From Vicugna vicugna (lineage: Eukaryota), in the NCBI GenBank assembly GCA_013265495.1, contig MU058138.1, forward strand, positions 3,921 through 67,920: a stretch of 64,000 nt of DNA. Direction: 5' to 3'. Under the pieces are notes generated by a model. It did no database searches. It was not told the origin of the DNA and worked only from the letters and a program-made list of their open reading frames with translations. Shown here piece by piece: positions 26,719-39,879 of the stretch. A program made the position numbers and the translations under genes. How positions within the stretch are numbered: position 1 is the first letter of the stretch; each line of letters opens with the position of its first letter.

Positions 26719-27727
26719 AAAAAGGGGGGAAATAAAGAATAAGATAGAAATATCTGCCCATTAAATTATTCCCAAATAGTTACACTTGAAATTAGTTTTT
26801 AAAGTATACTTGATGTTAGAGAAGGTAAATTTATTCTAGATCTTTATAATAAGAGGATATCCCAAAAGGTTATTACATAATAGAATTGATTTTCACATAT
26901 TTTAGTGATCACAAAGGATCCCTAACTTTGCTGGTCATGAGAAACAGATAGGGGAACTTCTGAAAGACTGGATTCTCACACCACCAATGTACTTTTGCAA
27001 AATATAAAGTCTAGTTCAGAATCTTGTGTATAAACTTTCCTGGGTTACCTGCATAAGGAGACAGCCATTCAATCCATGAACTGGGCTCTGGTGCCTTCTC
27101 CCTTGTCCTTCATTGACTGATTCCATCTCTGAGAACACAGACAACAGGACACTTACACCATCACTGGACTTTGACCTGTTTCCACATGACCAACTCTTCT
27201 CATGTTGCAGGAAATCTGATTCATCCCAATCTTTTAGAAAAATATATCTTTTTGAACTGTTAGAATTTTCAAAATGAATATGTATGCCCTGATACCTAAA
27301 GAAATTTGAATCTTGATTTTGAACAGAGACTAAAAATATAAATTGCTGGCAAAATTTGTCCTCTTAACAAAGAAATATTAAATCAACATTTTAATTGAAG
27401 AAAAAACTGTAAATTATGCTTAAATTAATTAGATAAAAATTTTGCCATTTTGTGTTTTATACCAGTAAAAATGAAACAGTGAAAAAGCCTTTATCACATT
27501 TTGATTCTCAACCTGTTACACTGTCCTGTCTTCATACAGCACTGTTGAATGTTGGGTTTCCTGAAGGATGAATACTTCATATGCATGCTTTATTATGTTT
27601 TGAGTACATCATTCCATTTTGGGAAGAAGCCTATCACGTGAGTACTAGTACAGACAGATACTCTCTGAGGGTAATGGCAAAGGTCCACAAACACTTTATC
27701 TACATTTGAACTGCAGTACATATTATA

Positions 27728-27786
27728 GAGTCATTCAACTGGTGCATCTCCAAGGGTGATTCTTGTCTAATTAAATTCATTGGGAC
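27728..27786 (-). promoter_or_regulatory. Candidate OR promoter block (homeodomain TAATTA plus O/E-like site) for the 25420 OR
   Basis: Alignable with 36000-36058, 46931-46988 and 52965-53028; TAATTAA followed by TCA(C/T)TGGGA. Confidence 0.5.
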
Positions 27787-28199
27787 ATTAATCATAATTT
27801 TGACAGTACACTTCTTATCTCCAGAGATGCCACCAAGGTAATCACCATGTAGAATAGGCCTTTCAGAACCCTGTCCTCTGAGGGAAAATCCTGAAAGAAC
27901 AACTTGAGGTCATATCTCCAAAAGGGGACAGTCCAGTCTGGGCAGAAGTAGAATATGTAAAAGCTTTCTTGTTTAAATCATGACCTTCAAAGTAGGAAAA
28001 TCTGTTTAAGCTTTGTCTTTGCAGATGACATCTGATCTGATTTCCAGAAGATAATAAATGTTAATTTCAAAAGAAGTCATTTAAATCTTATTTATAATGC
28101 AGATAAAGTTTGTCACATGGTTTCAGAGAGCCAAGTTGAGAGAATCTGTGTTAGTGTGGGAGTAGGGAAAGAGAAAACATTTGTGGGACTGTTCTATTT

Positions 28200-31075
28200 A
28201 TCTCAAAGAACTGCTCATGGAGCATTCATCAAAATAACCAATAAACTGGGCCACAAAAGAATTTGCAATACATTTCAAAGGACTTAATAATATAGAATAT
28301 ATGTATATATTATAAAAATGTAATTCAACAAGAAATTGACAACAAAAATATAACATTTTCCAGTTATATACAAATCAAACAACCCAAGTCTAAATTATTC
28401 ATGAATCTTTGGAAAAATTAATTTTCAATAGAAAGATAATGATACATGTGTAAAAAAAGATGTATTAAAGATATATATGAACTATATATTTAAAAACTAT
28501 AAAAAGAAGATGTAGCTCCAGGAATGGTTAGAGGGAAATGTATAGCTTTAATTTTAAGCATTAGAAAGCAAGAAATGTTATAAGAAATGCTATAAGAAAT
28601 GACCTAAACTTCGATGTTAAGGAGCTAGCAAAGAAAAAGCAAAACTATTACAGAGAACATTGTACAATGGAAATAGTAAATAGAACATTGTACAATGGAA
28701 ATAGTAAATAGAATACAGAAATCACTGAAATAGAAATTGATTGAAAAAATAGAGAAAATATATGAATCCAGAAATTGGTTCTTTGAAAGTCTAGTAAAAT
28801 TGATAAGATCTTAGCAAAAATGAATAAGAAAATTAAGAGAAAAAAATTATCATAATTGAGAATGAAGAGAGGGTCATCACTGTATGAAGAGTCTGCAGAA
28901 CTTAAAAAGATAATAAAAGGATACAATAATTTATGACAGCATACTTGACAACTAAAAGAAAATGGACCACGGTTATGAAAAACACAAATTTCTACATAAA
29001 CACACTAAGAAAAGTAATTAAAAACTGTAATAATCTAACACTCAAGAAAATTATTTCTTTAAAATCCTTCCCAAAATTCCATCCCCATATAGCTTTATCA
29101 GTGAATTCTACATAAAAATCAATCAAGAAATAGTACCAATCCTACATACATACTTTTAGGGATGGGAGGAAATTATACTTCCCAGCTCATCTCCTCGCTG
29201 CATATGCACCCAGCGTGATCCTTATACCAGAATGAAACAAGGTCCTCATAAGAGAAATAATCAGACCAAGATCTCATATTATCACAGACACAAAATTGTG
29301 AGCACAATATTTAGTTTGATTCTTTTAAATGTTTTATTTCTGATTTTTTTCATGCTGTTATGATTTATGAAGCAGATCTGAAGCGGTACTGGGTCTGGGG
29401 CTAAATTACGTCCCACTGCTGATGCAGAATTGTCTTAGTATTTAACTCCCTCTACTGACCCTGTGAACAATGAAGCCTTCCAGCTGCTGAGAATAGGCAT
29501 TATTCCTAGCCCAGTCTGAGCACCAAGCACTCCTCTCTCTAACCTGTGTGGGTAGATCTTTTCCCATCCTCATGTAGTTTCCTGAAGACTATGAATAATT
29601 GAGGGGGATCTCTCCAGATCTCCAACATTGCCTCCCTCAATGCCTCTGAATCTCTCTTTCTCTGCCCCGCAGGTCTATGATCTGCAGTGTTCCACCCTCA
29701 GAAATCTAGCTGCCTCAGTGCCTTGGTCTTCTCAGACCCTCAACTTCATCTCCTCAACTCAGAGTCTACCAGGATCTTTTGAGGGATCCTTCTCTGTACC
29801 ACAATATGGAAACTTTTTAAAGGTAATAAATCAGAACAACCTTAGAGCTTCACTTGTTCATTTCTCATCACTCAGCAATCACTGTCAATCATTATTGACA
29901 TCTGGTGTCTTGAAAATAATTATTTCATATTCTGGCTCTTTGTTTGCCTGACTTTATAAAAACCTATACATGAATATTTGTATCAGTTTTATCCATAATT
30001 TCGAATAGCTGGAAACAATAAAAATATCTCTTAATGGAGAAAAGGATAAATGTCATACAGTTTGGAATAATACTCAGCAATAAAATGAACTATTAACAAA
30101 TGCAATATGCACAAATTTCAAATGCATGATACCAGGACTAAGAAGCCAAGTTTAAAAGACTAGATATTCGACATGATCCTATGTATAGAAGACCTAAAAA
30201 TATTGCACCCCAAACTGTTAGAACAAATAAACAACTTCAATAAATTTGCAGGCTACAAAATCAACATACAAAAATCAGCTGCATTTACATATACTAACAA
30301 TGAGCTATCTAAAAATATTTTATATTAATTTTGAAAATAATCCCATTTACAATGGCATCAAAAATAATAAATTACCTAGATATTCATGAGAGGTAATTGG
30401 TATGTAAATTAGCTTGACTGTGGTATCCATTTTACAGCATATATGTATATGAAATCATGACATTGTATACCTTAAATATAGAAAATTTTGAATTCTCAAT
30501 TATACCTTTACAATGCTGGGAGGAAAAAAAAGACTACATACTGTATGATTCAATTTATAGGACACTGTGGAAAAGACAAAACTATAGGAATGGAAATGGA
30601 TCAGTGTTTTCCAAGACCTGGAGGTGAAGGGAGGATGTGATGCAAAGGAGCACGGGGAAATATTTTTGGTGATGAAACAGTCTGCATATTAATTGATGTG
30701 GTGGTTACATAACTATATATATTTGTCAGTACTTACATAGCTTTGACTTAAAAAGGATGAATGAGGCACTGTAAAGATTTTATATTATGTAAAAATAGAA
30801 AACAAAAAGAATTTTTACATTAAAATATCAGACAATTGGAAAATGTATTAGAACAAAAGATTCTATTTACAATAGTAGCAAAAGAACTCAAAAATACTAA
30901 ATCTATAAAAAATATACCAGATTTATATGAACATAAAAGAAATACCCATGTTTGTGGATAAGAAATCTCAATTCACTAAAGTTATAAACTTTCTCTAAAT
31001 CAAGTCTCATTGAAAATATTAACTAAACTTAGTTTTTGCTACACTAGCTTATTGAATTTTAATTATAAAACAAAT
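28200..31075. mobile_element. Old L1 fragments (mostly +, with a minus-strand 5' piece near 29330-29950)
   Basis: 'gttagagggaaatgtatagcttta', 'gcaggctacaaaatcaacatacaaaaatcagctgcattt', 'tacatactgtatgattcaatttatag'. Confidence 0.7.
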
Positions 31076-31095
31076 ATGCAAGAATAGGCATTTCT

Positions 31096-31211
31096 GTGCT
31101 CACTTCGGCAGCACATATACTAAAATTGGAATGATACAGAGAAGATTAGCTTGGCCCCTGCGCAAGGATGACATGCAAATTCGTGAAGCGTTCCATATTA
31201 AAAAAAAAAAA
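31096..31211 (+). pseudogene. RNU6: Full-length U6 snRNA retrocopy with poly(A) and 16-bp TSD
   Basis: GTGCTCACTTCGGCAGCACATATACTAAAATTGGAATGATACAGAGAAGATTAGC...GTGAAGCGTTCCATATT then poly(A); TSD AAGAATAGGCATTTCT at 31080-31095 and 31212-31227; 4 substitutions against canonical U6 as recalled, 3 of them at CpG. Confidence 0.97.
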
Positions 31212-33017
31212 AAGAATAGGCATTTCTGATAAGGAATAGAAATGAAGGAGTCCTAGGCTTATGAGGTATCAAAGCATATTTTAAATCAAATGTAATCACA
31301 TCATATGCTTAAAAGTCACATGAATCACTGTAAGTTAATAGAGGCCTGATTTTTATCCAAGCACATACCATATTTTAGAATACAAAGTTGAGATATCAAG
31401 TCATGAGGAAAATACTATTGCACCTATAAAAATGACCTTGAATGATTCTTGAAAAATAATTAAAATGCAATCCCTACTTACATGGTTCAAAAATCTAAAT
31501 ATAAAATATAAAACAATAAAAAAATTTAAAAATTAAATGCTGAAAAAATGTGGGATATTTTAGTAATGGTGAAACAAGGAAATTCTTCCTAAACAAGACA
31601 TAAAAGCAAGAAAATATGGATAGATTTAATTATACAAATATAAACATATTTCTACATGGCCAAGAATATTCTGCACAGTATAGAAACAACAAAATCAAAT
31701 AACAAGCTAGAAGATAATTCCACATACATGGAAAAGGAAATCATTTCCTTAGTACATAAATAAATTCTAAAAATTGATACGGAAAAAAATCAGCAATCAA
31801 ATAAAACACATAAATCACTAATAGGCAATTCATGTAAATGAATACAAATCATTTTAAACATTTGAATAGGTACCCAAATTCAATTCTACTTATTTATAAT
31901 TAAAGTATACAAATGAAACACAATTTCCTTAATCAGACTGTTATATACCCAAAATATTTATCAAGCAATGGTTTTTGAGAATTCAGGCAAACAGATATTT
32001 TCCAGAATGAAGAGGGTAGTGAGTTTGATACAAGCTCATGGATGGCATTTTTTCAATAACTATGAACATCAACATTTTAAATACATAAACCAATTGACTC
32101 AACAATTCCACCACTGGGAACTCATACTTAGAAAATTTCAAAAAGACTTAATTGAAGAACTGCTTGTCATGGAGAAAGACTGAAGAAAGCATGAAGAAGA
32201 TGGATACATCAGTGTCACTGTATATTTATAAAGAAGTTAAGCAGTATGAGGAGACTGAGAATGAGGTAGATCTATAGATTGGTATATGAAGACGTCCAGG
32301 AGGCTGAGTATTAAATAGCAAAATTCATACACAGAGACATCATCACAAACACATCTATGAAAATACGCTAATTTTTGCAAAGATTATAACTTGAAGAATC
32401 TTAAGAACAGAGTGACTGCATTTGAAGAAATGGGAGATACTGCTATAGGAGGATTAAGAGATTTATTCTACATATTCCCTTTTGTATCAATTCTATTTTA
32501 ATATTTATTATTATCCACTATTTTCAGTTTCTTATTTTCAAAAGTAGAGTATTACACTAAAAATAGGATATGTAAAGCAAATGAAATTGAATAAAGAGGA
32601 AAGTCTGTACAGTATTAAATATTTTAACAAATATAGGAATGAAGATAAAAGACAGAAATCTGACTGACAACAAAAATAAGAATAAGAAAGTAAAAATAAA
32701 TACAGAAATTAACTAAAAAATAGTGCACCTCTATAATATTCATTGACTAATACATTGCATAACATTTGCTGACTCTCAACTGTAAATGCATTCCACCCTT
32801 CCAGATGCAGTGTTAAATTAGACACTATTAGAGTTTACATTTTAGCAGGGAAACTGTTACCAAATGCACAAGTATATACTTCATTCTTTAATTATAATTA
32901 TCATAAATCTCTTTAGAAAAGGACATTTTACTTCAGATTTATGAAGACTTTTACATTCCAAGGAGATTGGCCTTAATGCTAATTTTATTGCTTCATCATG
33001 GATGAAGCACTTATTTA

Positions 33018-33941
33018 CTACTTGATATGACATATTTTTCTCCAGAGTTTCTTCATAACATTAGTCATCTCAGAATTTCTTGGGCTGTAGATAAATGGGT
33101 TCAGCATGGGGCTTATGACTGTATAAAACACACTTAATGATTTGTCAACAGAGAACGTCTTAGCAGGTCTTGCATACATAAAAATAAAGGGAGCAAAGAA
33201 ACAGACAACCACAGGAATGTGGGAAACACAGGTCTGGAGGGCTTTCTGCCTCCCTTCCTGACTCAGGTTCTTTAGAGAGTGCAAGATGACTCCATAAGAG
33301 ATGAGTAAGAGCAGGAATAAAATACTGCACATCAGTCCTCCATTGGCCACCACTAAGATGCCAGTGACAAAGGTGTCAGTACAGACAAGTTTCAACAAGG
33401 GGAACATATCGCACATAAAGTGATCAATGACATTGGGGCCACAGAATGGGAGCACATAAATAGTACTAAGTTGAATAATTGAGTGCAGAAAACCTCCAAC
33501 ACAGGACACCACCAGCAACACAACACACACCCTTTGCCTCATGATAACCAAATAATGCAAAGGCTTACAAATGGCCATGTAGCAATCATAGGCCATCACC
33601 AACAGAAAAACAATCTCTGACCCACCAAAAAAGTGCTCAGTAAAAAGCTGAGTCATGCAAGATTCAAAGGATATGATGTTTTCCCCAAAGAAGAAGTCTG
33701 AAATAAATCTGGGGGAACTAGAATAGGAATAAATTAGATCTATAAATGATAAGCTAGCAAGAAAAAAGTACATTGGTGCATTGAGGGTCTTACTGACAGT
33801 AATTGTCACCACAATGAGCAGGCTGCCCACCACAGTCAAAATGTAGAAAAGCAAGAACATGACAATAAGGACTTTCTGCTTCTTTGGATTCTGTGTGAGG
33901 CCCAGGGGGATGAAATAAGTTACACTGTTCCTTGGTTCCAT
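33018..33941 (-). CDS. OR4A47: Olfactory receptor, OR4A47-like (open 307-aa single-exon CDS)
   Basis: Uninterrupted 7-[51 protein letters not shown]-terminus MEPRN and MYARPAKTF recall human OR4A47; the symbol denotes likeness, not proven 1:1 orthology. Confidence 0.9.
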   Translation of the reverse strand: MEPRNSVTYFIPLGLTQNPKKQKVLIVMFLLFYILTVVGSLLIVVTITVSKTLNAPMYFFLASLSFIDLIYSYSSSPRFISDFFFGENIISFESCMTQLFTEHFFGGSEIVFLLVMAYDCYMAICKPLHYLVIMRQRVCVVLLVVSCVGGFLHSIIQLSTIYVLPFCGPNVIDHFMCDMFPLLKLVCTDTFVTGILVVANGGLMCSILFLLLLISYGVILHSLKNLSQEGRQKALQTCVSHIPVVVCFFAPFIFMYARPAKTFSVDKSLSVFYTVISPMLNPFIYSPRNSEMTNVMKKLWRKICHIK

Positions 33942-34669
33942 CTAGTCTGTACAGGAGCTGACTTCACATATTAGAAGCAGTTTAGCTACAAAACAAGGGG
34001 GACAATACTTAAATGCATTGTAAGTATAATCCTTTATTTATCCATTCAATTAAAACAATTTGTATGGAGTATTTGTTTGTATCCAATGGATCATAGACAT
34101 GTGATTACCAAGTTGAATAAGGCAGAGTTTCTTATGCACAGTGATATGATACAAAATAGAGATTAGATCCATGTAATAAGTACCATTGTAAGGATATTCA
34201 CACAACACTAAGGTAACAGTGTAGGAATATATCAATCAAACTAAAATCAAAGAAAGTTTCCCAGAGAAAGGAATGCTTTAACTGAGTTTTAAATGAAAAA
34301 GTGAAAAAACAAAAGAAGATGGGAAGGGAATTCCCTAAAATAGTACACCATTTACAATGTCATAAAAGTGTAATAATTTAACTTCATTTAAGCTAAATTA
34401 CACATTCAGTGTGAGTAGATCAAATTATAAATAGAAGGTAACTGTCCTGAATTGTCTCAAACCACGCAGAAAATTCTTAGGGTTTATAGATGGATATTCC
34501 TCCTTTTCCTGACCAATAAATGCTGAAGCACTTTAATTTTGTGTCCCAATCTTCTATCTTTCCATTTATTTTTAACCTTGTATAGGCAGCATCTCCAATT
34601 TTTGGCATCTACAATTGGATATCAATTTAACCTACATAAAAATAATTTTAAAATTTTCTGTAATAAAAA

Positions 34670-34873
34670 NNNNNNNNNNNNNNNNNNNNNNNNNNNNNNN
34701 NNNNNNNNNNNNNNNNNNNNNNNNNNNNNNNNNNNNNNNNNNNNNNNNNNNNNNNNNNNNNNNNNNNNNNNNNNNNNNNNNNNNNNNNNNNNNNNNNNNN
34801 NNNNNNNNNNNNNNNNNNNNNNNNNNNNNNNNNNNNNNNNNNNNNNNNNNNNNNNNNNNNNNNNNNNNNNNNN
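34670..34873. other. Assembly gap
   Basis: Run of N. Confidence 1.
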
Positions 34874-35607
34874 CCTCCAAAAATCTCTTGAATCCACCCA
34901 TATGATCCTCTTTAAATCTTGCTCTTAATATATCACTATATGTCTCAAAACTCCTATAGTGGATTCCAATGAAGCCCTCACAATTTAATATGTCATATTT
35001 AAATGTTTAATAACCCCCACTTCGTAGTTAAAGAAATTAAGGCTCAGAACATCCAATTAATTTTCCAAGGCCTCACATTTTTAAGTGATAAAACTACAAT
35101 TGAATCTGTTTGATTTATTTCAAAGTAATTTAATTTCTTACATAATGAAGACAGTCACACAATTGTCAAGCCTGGTTCCCAATACTTACTGTTAGACATA
35201 CCTTGTGGAGGCTTGTTCACTATCTGGAGGAAGGCTTTTTAAGTTACTCACAAAGACTTGGAAATCATCCATCATCCAGTTTGAAAACAGAGGACATAGG
35301 CTGCATTATTACTTGAGGATCTCTTTTATTTCATTCAACTTTCTGTCCATTTTCTCTGAGGAGTTTTCTGATTATTCAGAAGATTATTTTTATTTGCACT
35401 ATGAATTATGTAAAAAAATCCCTCAGTGTGTGAGCACACACACGCACATACACACACATGATTTATCACACTGGAAATTTATCACACACACAAAAAAACT
35501 AGCAAATCTTGTGTTTACATAGAAAGACTGCAACCAGTCATTGGACAAGAAAAGGTGTCTCTAGTAACCTTACTCTACTAACTTCAAAATTTAAAAATAA
35601 CTTTCAA

Positions 35608-35705
35608 TGTCATTCTAAGTGAAGAAGCCAGGAAGAGAAAGAAAAATACCATATGAGATTGTTCATATATGGAATCTAAAATAAAATAAAATAAAATAAA
35701 ATAAA
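35608..35705 (+). mobile_element. Short young L1 3' fragment running into a gap
   Basis: 'tgtcattctaagtgaagaagccaggaagagaaagaaaaataccatatgagatt...ggaatctaaa(ataaa)n' matches 17923-17995. Confidence 0.85.
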
Positions 35706-35781
35706 NNNNNNNNNNNNNNNNNNNNNNNNNNNNNNNNNNNNNNNNNNNNNNNNNNNNNNNNNNNNNNNNNNNNNNNNNNNN
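35706..35781. other. Assembly gap
   Basis: Run of N. Confidence 1.
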
Positions 35782-35999
35782 TCAATTGCTCAGTCCTTCT
35801 CACTGTATTATGTTGCAGAGCCAGACTAGCTGGTTGGTTGTGAGAGACATTCTTCTGCTTTTCTTTTTCTAATGCAATGCTTTAATTCTAACAAAGGACC
35901 AACTAAAATGTTCTATCTGTTCTTAAAAACATAGCATCTCTTTCCTGATATTGGCAAAGATCACTGGGCATTTTATCCCTTCTAACCTGATTTATCATT

Positions 36000-36058
36000 G
36001 AGTCTTAGAATTGGAATGTGTCCAAAACTGATCCTCATTTAATTAAACTCACTGTGAT
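36000..36058 (-). promoter_or_regulatory. Candidate OR promoter block for the 33941 OR
   Basis: Conserved block with TAATTAA (36040-36046) and TCACTGTGA. Confidence 0.5.
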
Positions 36059-36714
36059 TTTCCACAAAGTTTTAAAAGTATATCTTTATATAAAGATCCG
36101 ATTAGGTCAAATCATATAACTAGGTCAGGAAAGTGTAATATGGAGAAAAAATAGCTTTAAAAATATTATGATGTTAATGCTAGTGAAAAATATGATACCA
36201 GCCCAGTCATTTTGTTCCAATTAGATTAAATGATCATGTATTTTCCAATCTGTCGCAATAAGATTTTCTTTTCTTTTATTTAATACCAAATTTATTTTGC
36301 CTTGAAGTTTGGTTAGATGTATAAAATATTATCACCAATATAGATATAATAACTAATTAAGTATCCATACTTTATAATTTAAAATACCTATTTAATGCCA
36401 GGAACTGTACTGTGAGTGAAAACACAGCCATTAATAAATAAAACAGGGGAGGAAATCATGTTAAATTTCCTTCCTACATGGATCTCAGATTCTTATTTTA
36501 GAGTCAAAAAATAAAAGAAAATTTAATAAAGTAATGATGGTCTTATGTACTGCTTATAAGACAACAAATAGGGCACTGCAACAGAAATAAGAGGGAGGAT
36601 TCTACTATGTAATCAGAGAAGGCATTACTTAAAAGGTGACAAACTGAGATCCAAAGGATAGGAAGTGGCTACCATTGGAAGCACTGTTACAGAAAGTAAA
36701 GTTAAGGAAAATTT

Positions 36715-37430
36715 AATTAAGTAAATCATATCATCTAGAAGATGACAGGATTTATAGATAGAATACCAAAAATATGTCAAAAGAAAATTTTTGCAGTACT
36801 ATGTTTTTTTAAAAAGTGGTGAGAGTGTTCACTCTTGTCTTGCTCCTGAATTTAATGGAAAAGCTTTCAACCTTCCAAAGTTGAGTCTGATTTGAGCTGT
36901 GGAATGGTCATAAATGGCCTTTATTATGTTGAGATACAGCCCTTCTATTTTTTTAATCATGAATGAATGTTGAATTTCTATACTATAAATGAACAAATCA
37001 AAGACTAAACACTTCCATTTACAGTAGCATCAAAAAGAATAAAAGACTTAAGAATAAATTTATTCAAGTAGGCAAAAGTCTTGCACTCTGAAAACTACAA
37101 AAGATTGCTGAAAGATATTATAGAAGACACACATAAATGGAAAACATTCATGAGTTGGAAAATTTAGCATTACTGAGATGACAATACAACCTAAAGTGAT
37201 ATACACATTCAGTGCAATCCATATTAAAATCCCAAAAATGTTTCTTTGCAGAAATAGAAAAAAAAATCCATCTTAAAACTCATATGAAATTGCAAGGGAT
37301 CCAAACCAAATAGTCAGAACAAACTTGAAAATGTGAATGAATCTGGGGATTTACTATTCCTGATACTAAAACATACTACAAAACTATGATAATCATAGCA
37401 GTGTGGAATTGACATAAAGACAGACATATA
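36715..37430 (+). mobile_element. Old L1 ORF2 fragment with an internal inverted piece (about 36795-36978)
   Basis: Plus-strand 'ccatttacagtagcatcaaaaagaataaaa' next to minus-strand 'ggcctttattatgttgagat'; the same arrangement occurs at 47690-48500. Confidence 0.75.
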
Positions 37431-38680
37431 GGAGGGAATGGCCAACAGGCAGAGTAGGAAGACCCTGAGCTCACTTCCTCCCATGGGGGCACCAAAATTA
37501 CAACTATTTTTAGAGCAGCTACTAATGAGAACATTCTGAATGCTAGAAAAATTTCCTCTACAATAAAAGATATAAATAAGGAACTACAACAAATAGGAAG
37601 ATTGGAGACAGTTCAGTCAAGACCCTTACCCCCAGGTAAGTAACCCATAAAGGGGAGGATAATTACAGTAGCAGAATTTCTCCCTAAGGAGTGAAGATCC
37701 TGAACCCACATCAAGCTCCTCAGCCAAGGAGTCCTGCATTTGAAAGATGAGCCCCCAAGTTTGAAGGCCAGTTTGGTCTACCTTTGGGATAACCAGTAGA
37801 AGACTGTGGGAAGTAGAGACTACAAACAAAAAGAGCTCTTCCAAAAATCACACACACTCCAACACCGAGGGCATAAATAGTCATTTGAAAGGAGCTTGAG
37901 TCAGACTCACTTGCTGATCTTAGAGATCCTCCTGGGGAGGTAAGAAAAATTGGGACTCATGTTAGGGACAAAGACATTGGCAGGAGCCATTTGGGGGAGC
38001 TATCTCATGACAAGAGCACTGATGCTTGCACATTGCATTTTGGAACATTCCCTCTAGTGTTTTAGTGGTTGGGCCCAGCCCAGCCCACCAGCTAGTGTGC
38101 ACCAGACCTAAGAAGCCTCAGACCAAGCAGCAAGGTGGGTGGGGGCATAACCTCACCACCAGAAGGCTGGTTACTGTAGGGAATCCTGAGACCCCAGTCA
38201 CCTTGGAACCATTCTCGTCCACTAGGGGATGGGCATCAGACCGAGGATCCCGTGTCCCCCCACCCCCATGCATGTGCATGCCAGCAGCAGATTCTGAACC
38301 TATAGACCCTGCCACCAGAGACCCCAGGACCTGGCTCCACCCACCAGTGGGAGGACACAAGCCCCACTGGGCAATGGCCTAGAACACCAGTTAGTGGACA
38401 TCAGCCCTGGAAACACCAGTGTCCTTTAGGTATCCATGTCAGGACTCAGACCCACTCACCAAGCAGAAGATGCCAGCCTCAGGACACCCTTTGCCCTAGG
38501 CCCACCAACCAGCAATCCAGCACCAGCTCTGGGACCCCCAGACCCCACAGCCAGAGACCTCGGGACTTAGCTTCATTACCAGTGTACTGACACTAGCCCA
38601 AGTGCCCAGCCTCACCCACTAGGGGCCAGGGGCCAGCCCTGATACCCAACAGGCCCCAGCTACACACCAGGCATGAACTT
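37431..38680 (+). mobile_element. L1 5' UTR (GC-rich, cetartiodactyl type) without ORFs
   Basis: Begins 'ggagggaatggccaacaggcagagtaggaagaccctgagctcacttcctccc...accaaaattacaact', followed by degenerate 'cacccaccagtggg' repeats. Confidence 0.75.
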
Positions 38681-38684
38681 TCAC

Positions 38685-38820
38685 TTATTTTGTTTTATTG
38701 AAGTATAGTTGACTTACAATGTTGTGTTGGTTTCTGGTGAACAGCATAGTTACTCAGTTATACAGATATATGTATATATTCTTTTTGATATTCTTTTTTC
38801 ATTATAGGTTATTATAGATG
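38685..38820 (-). mobile_element. L1 3' end, antisense
   Basis: 'ttttattgaagtatagttgacttacaatgttgtgttggtttctggtg...cagcatagt'. Confidence 0.8.
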
Positions 38821-39879
38821 ATAGTTTCATTTATTTTTAAGTGAAAAAAAAACTCTAGATCTTCTAATCAGAAAAGAAATGAATAGAGTGAATAAAGCAC
38901 TTCCAAATTATGAGAATTGGAGATCATTCATGGATACTGGAGTAGATATGGTTGGGATCAAGGATTAACCACCTATGCTGGAATGTAGGGATGTAGAAAC
39001 CAGATTCAGGATGAATCTCTCCATGTACTTCTAAAATTCCTTGCTGCCCCAAATTTACAAACATAATTTTCTTTAAGCATTTAAAAGTATTTTCCCACAT
39101 TTACATATATCCCCACATAGGGTGTATACATTTTCAGATAAGATGTGAAGTAGAAATACACATTCTTCTTGTCATAAGGATAAATAAATTTTCCTCACAC
39201 ATCTATTGAATAATTATTGTTCCCACTACCATGCAATACCACTACTTTCATATATAAAATATATATATTTACTAACCTATTCCTTATGTTCCTATTTTGT
39301 TCAGTAAGTGTACGTATTGGAGATCAGCAGAGAATCACAATTGGGGACTGCAACCTTAGCAAGCCATATGCCAGCTCTGCATGGCAAAGAAATAAAAATG
39401 TTTTTATGGGGAGGAAAAGAAAGTTGAGAGCGTTATAGTAACCATCTCCTCAACTCAGGAGTCTCCCAAGATCTTCTGAGGTATCCCTCTGTGTACTGCA
39501 GCATGGAAACTTTTCCAAGGATTTCCAAGGTACTGGAAAAACTGTAGAGCTCAAATTTTTGTTTTCAACTGCACATTGATCACTGTCAATTGTTCCTGAC
39601 ATCTACTGTCTTTAAAATAATTGTTTCATATTTTCAGGTTTGTTTGCTTGTTTTTATAAAAACCTATACATGACTATGGCAGTTTTTCTAATGCATTCAA
39701 ATAACTGGAAATAATCAAAATATATTTTAATGAAGAAATGAATAAATAAACTGTGATATAGCCATAAAATTGAATACTATTCAGCAGTAAAATAAATGGG
39801 CTATTGATAAACACAATAATAAGCATAAATCTCAAATGCATGATAATAATAATATCAAGAAGCCAGACTGAAAAGATTA

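Noticed and set aside
31096..31199. Functional U6 gene
   Set aside because: Poly(A), TSD, CpG decay, truncated T-run terminator and no evident upstream PSE/TATA indicate a retrocopy.
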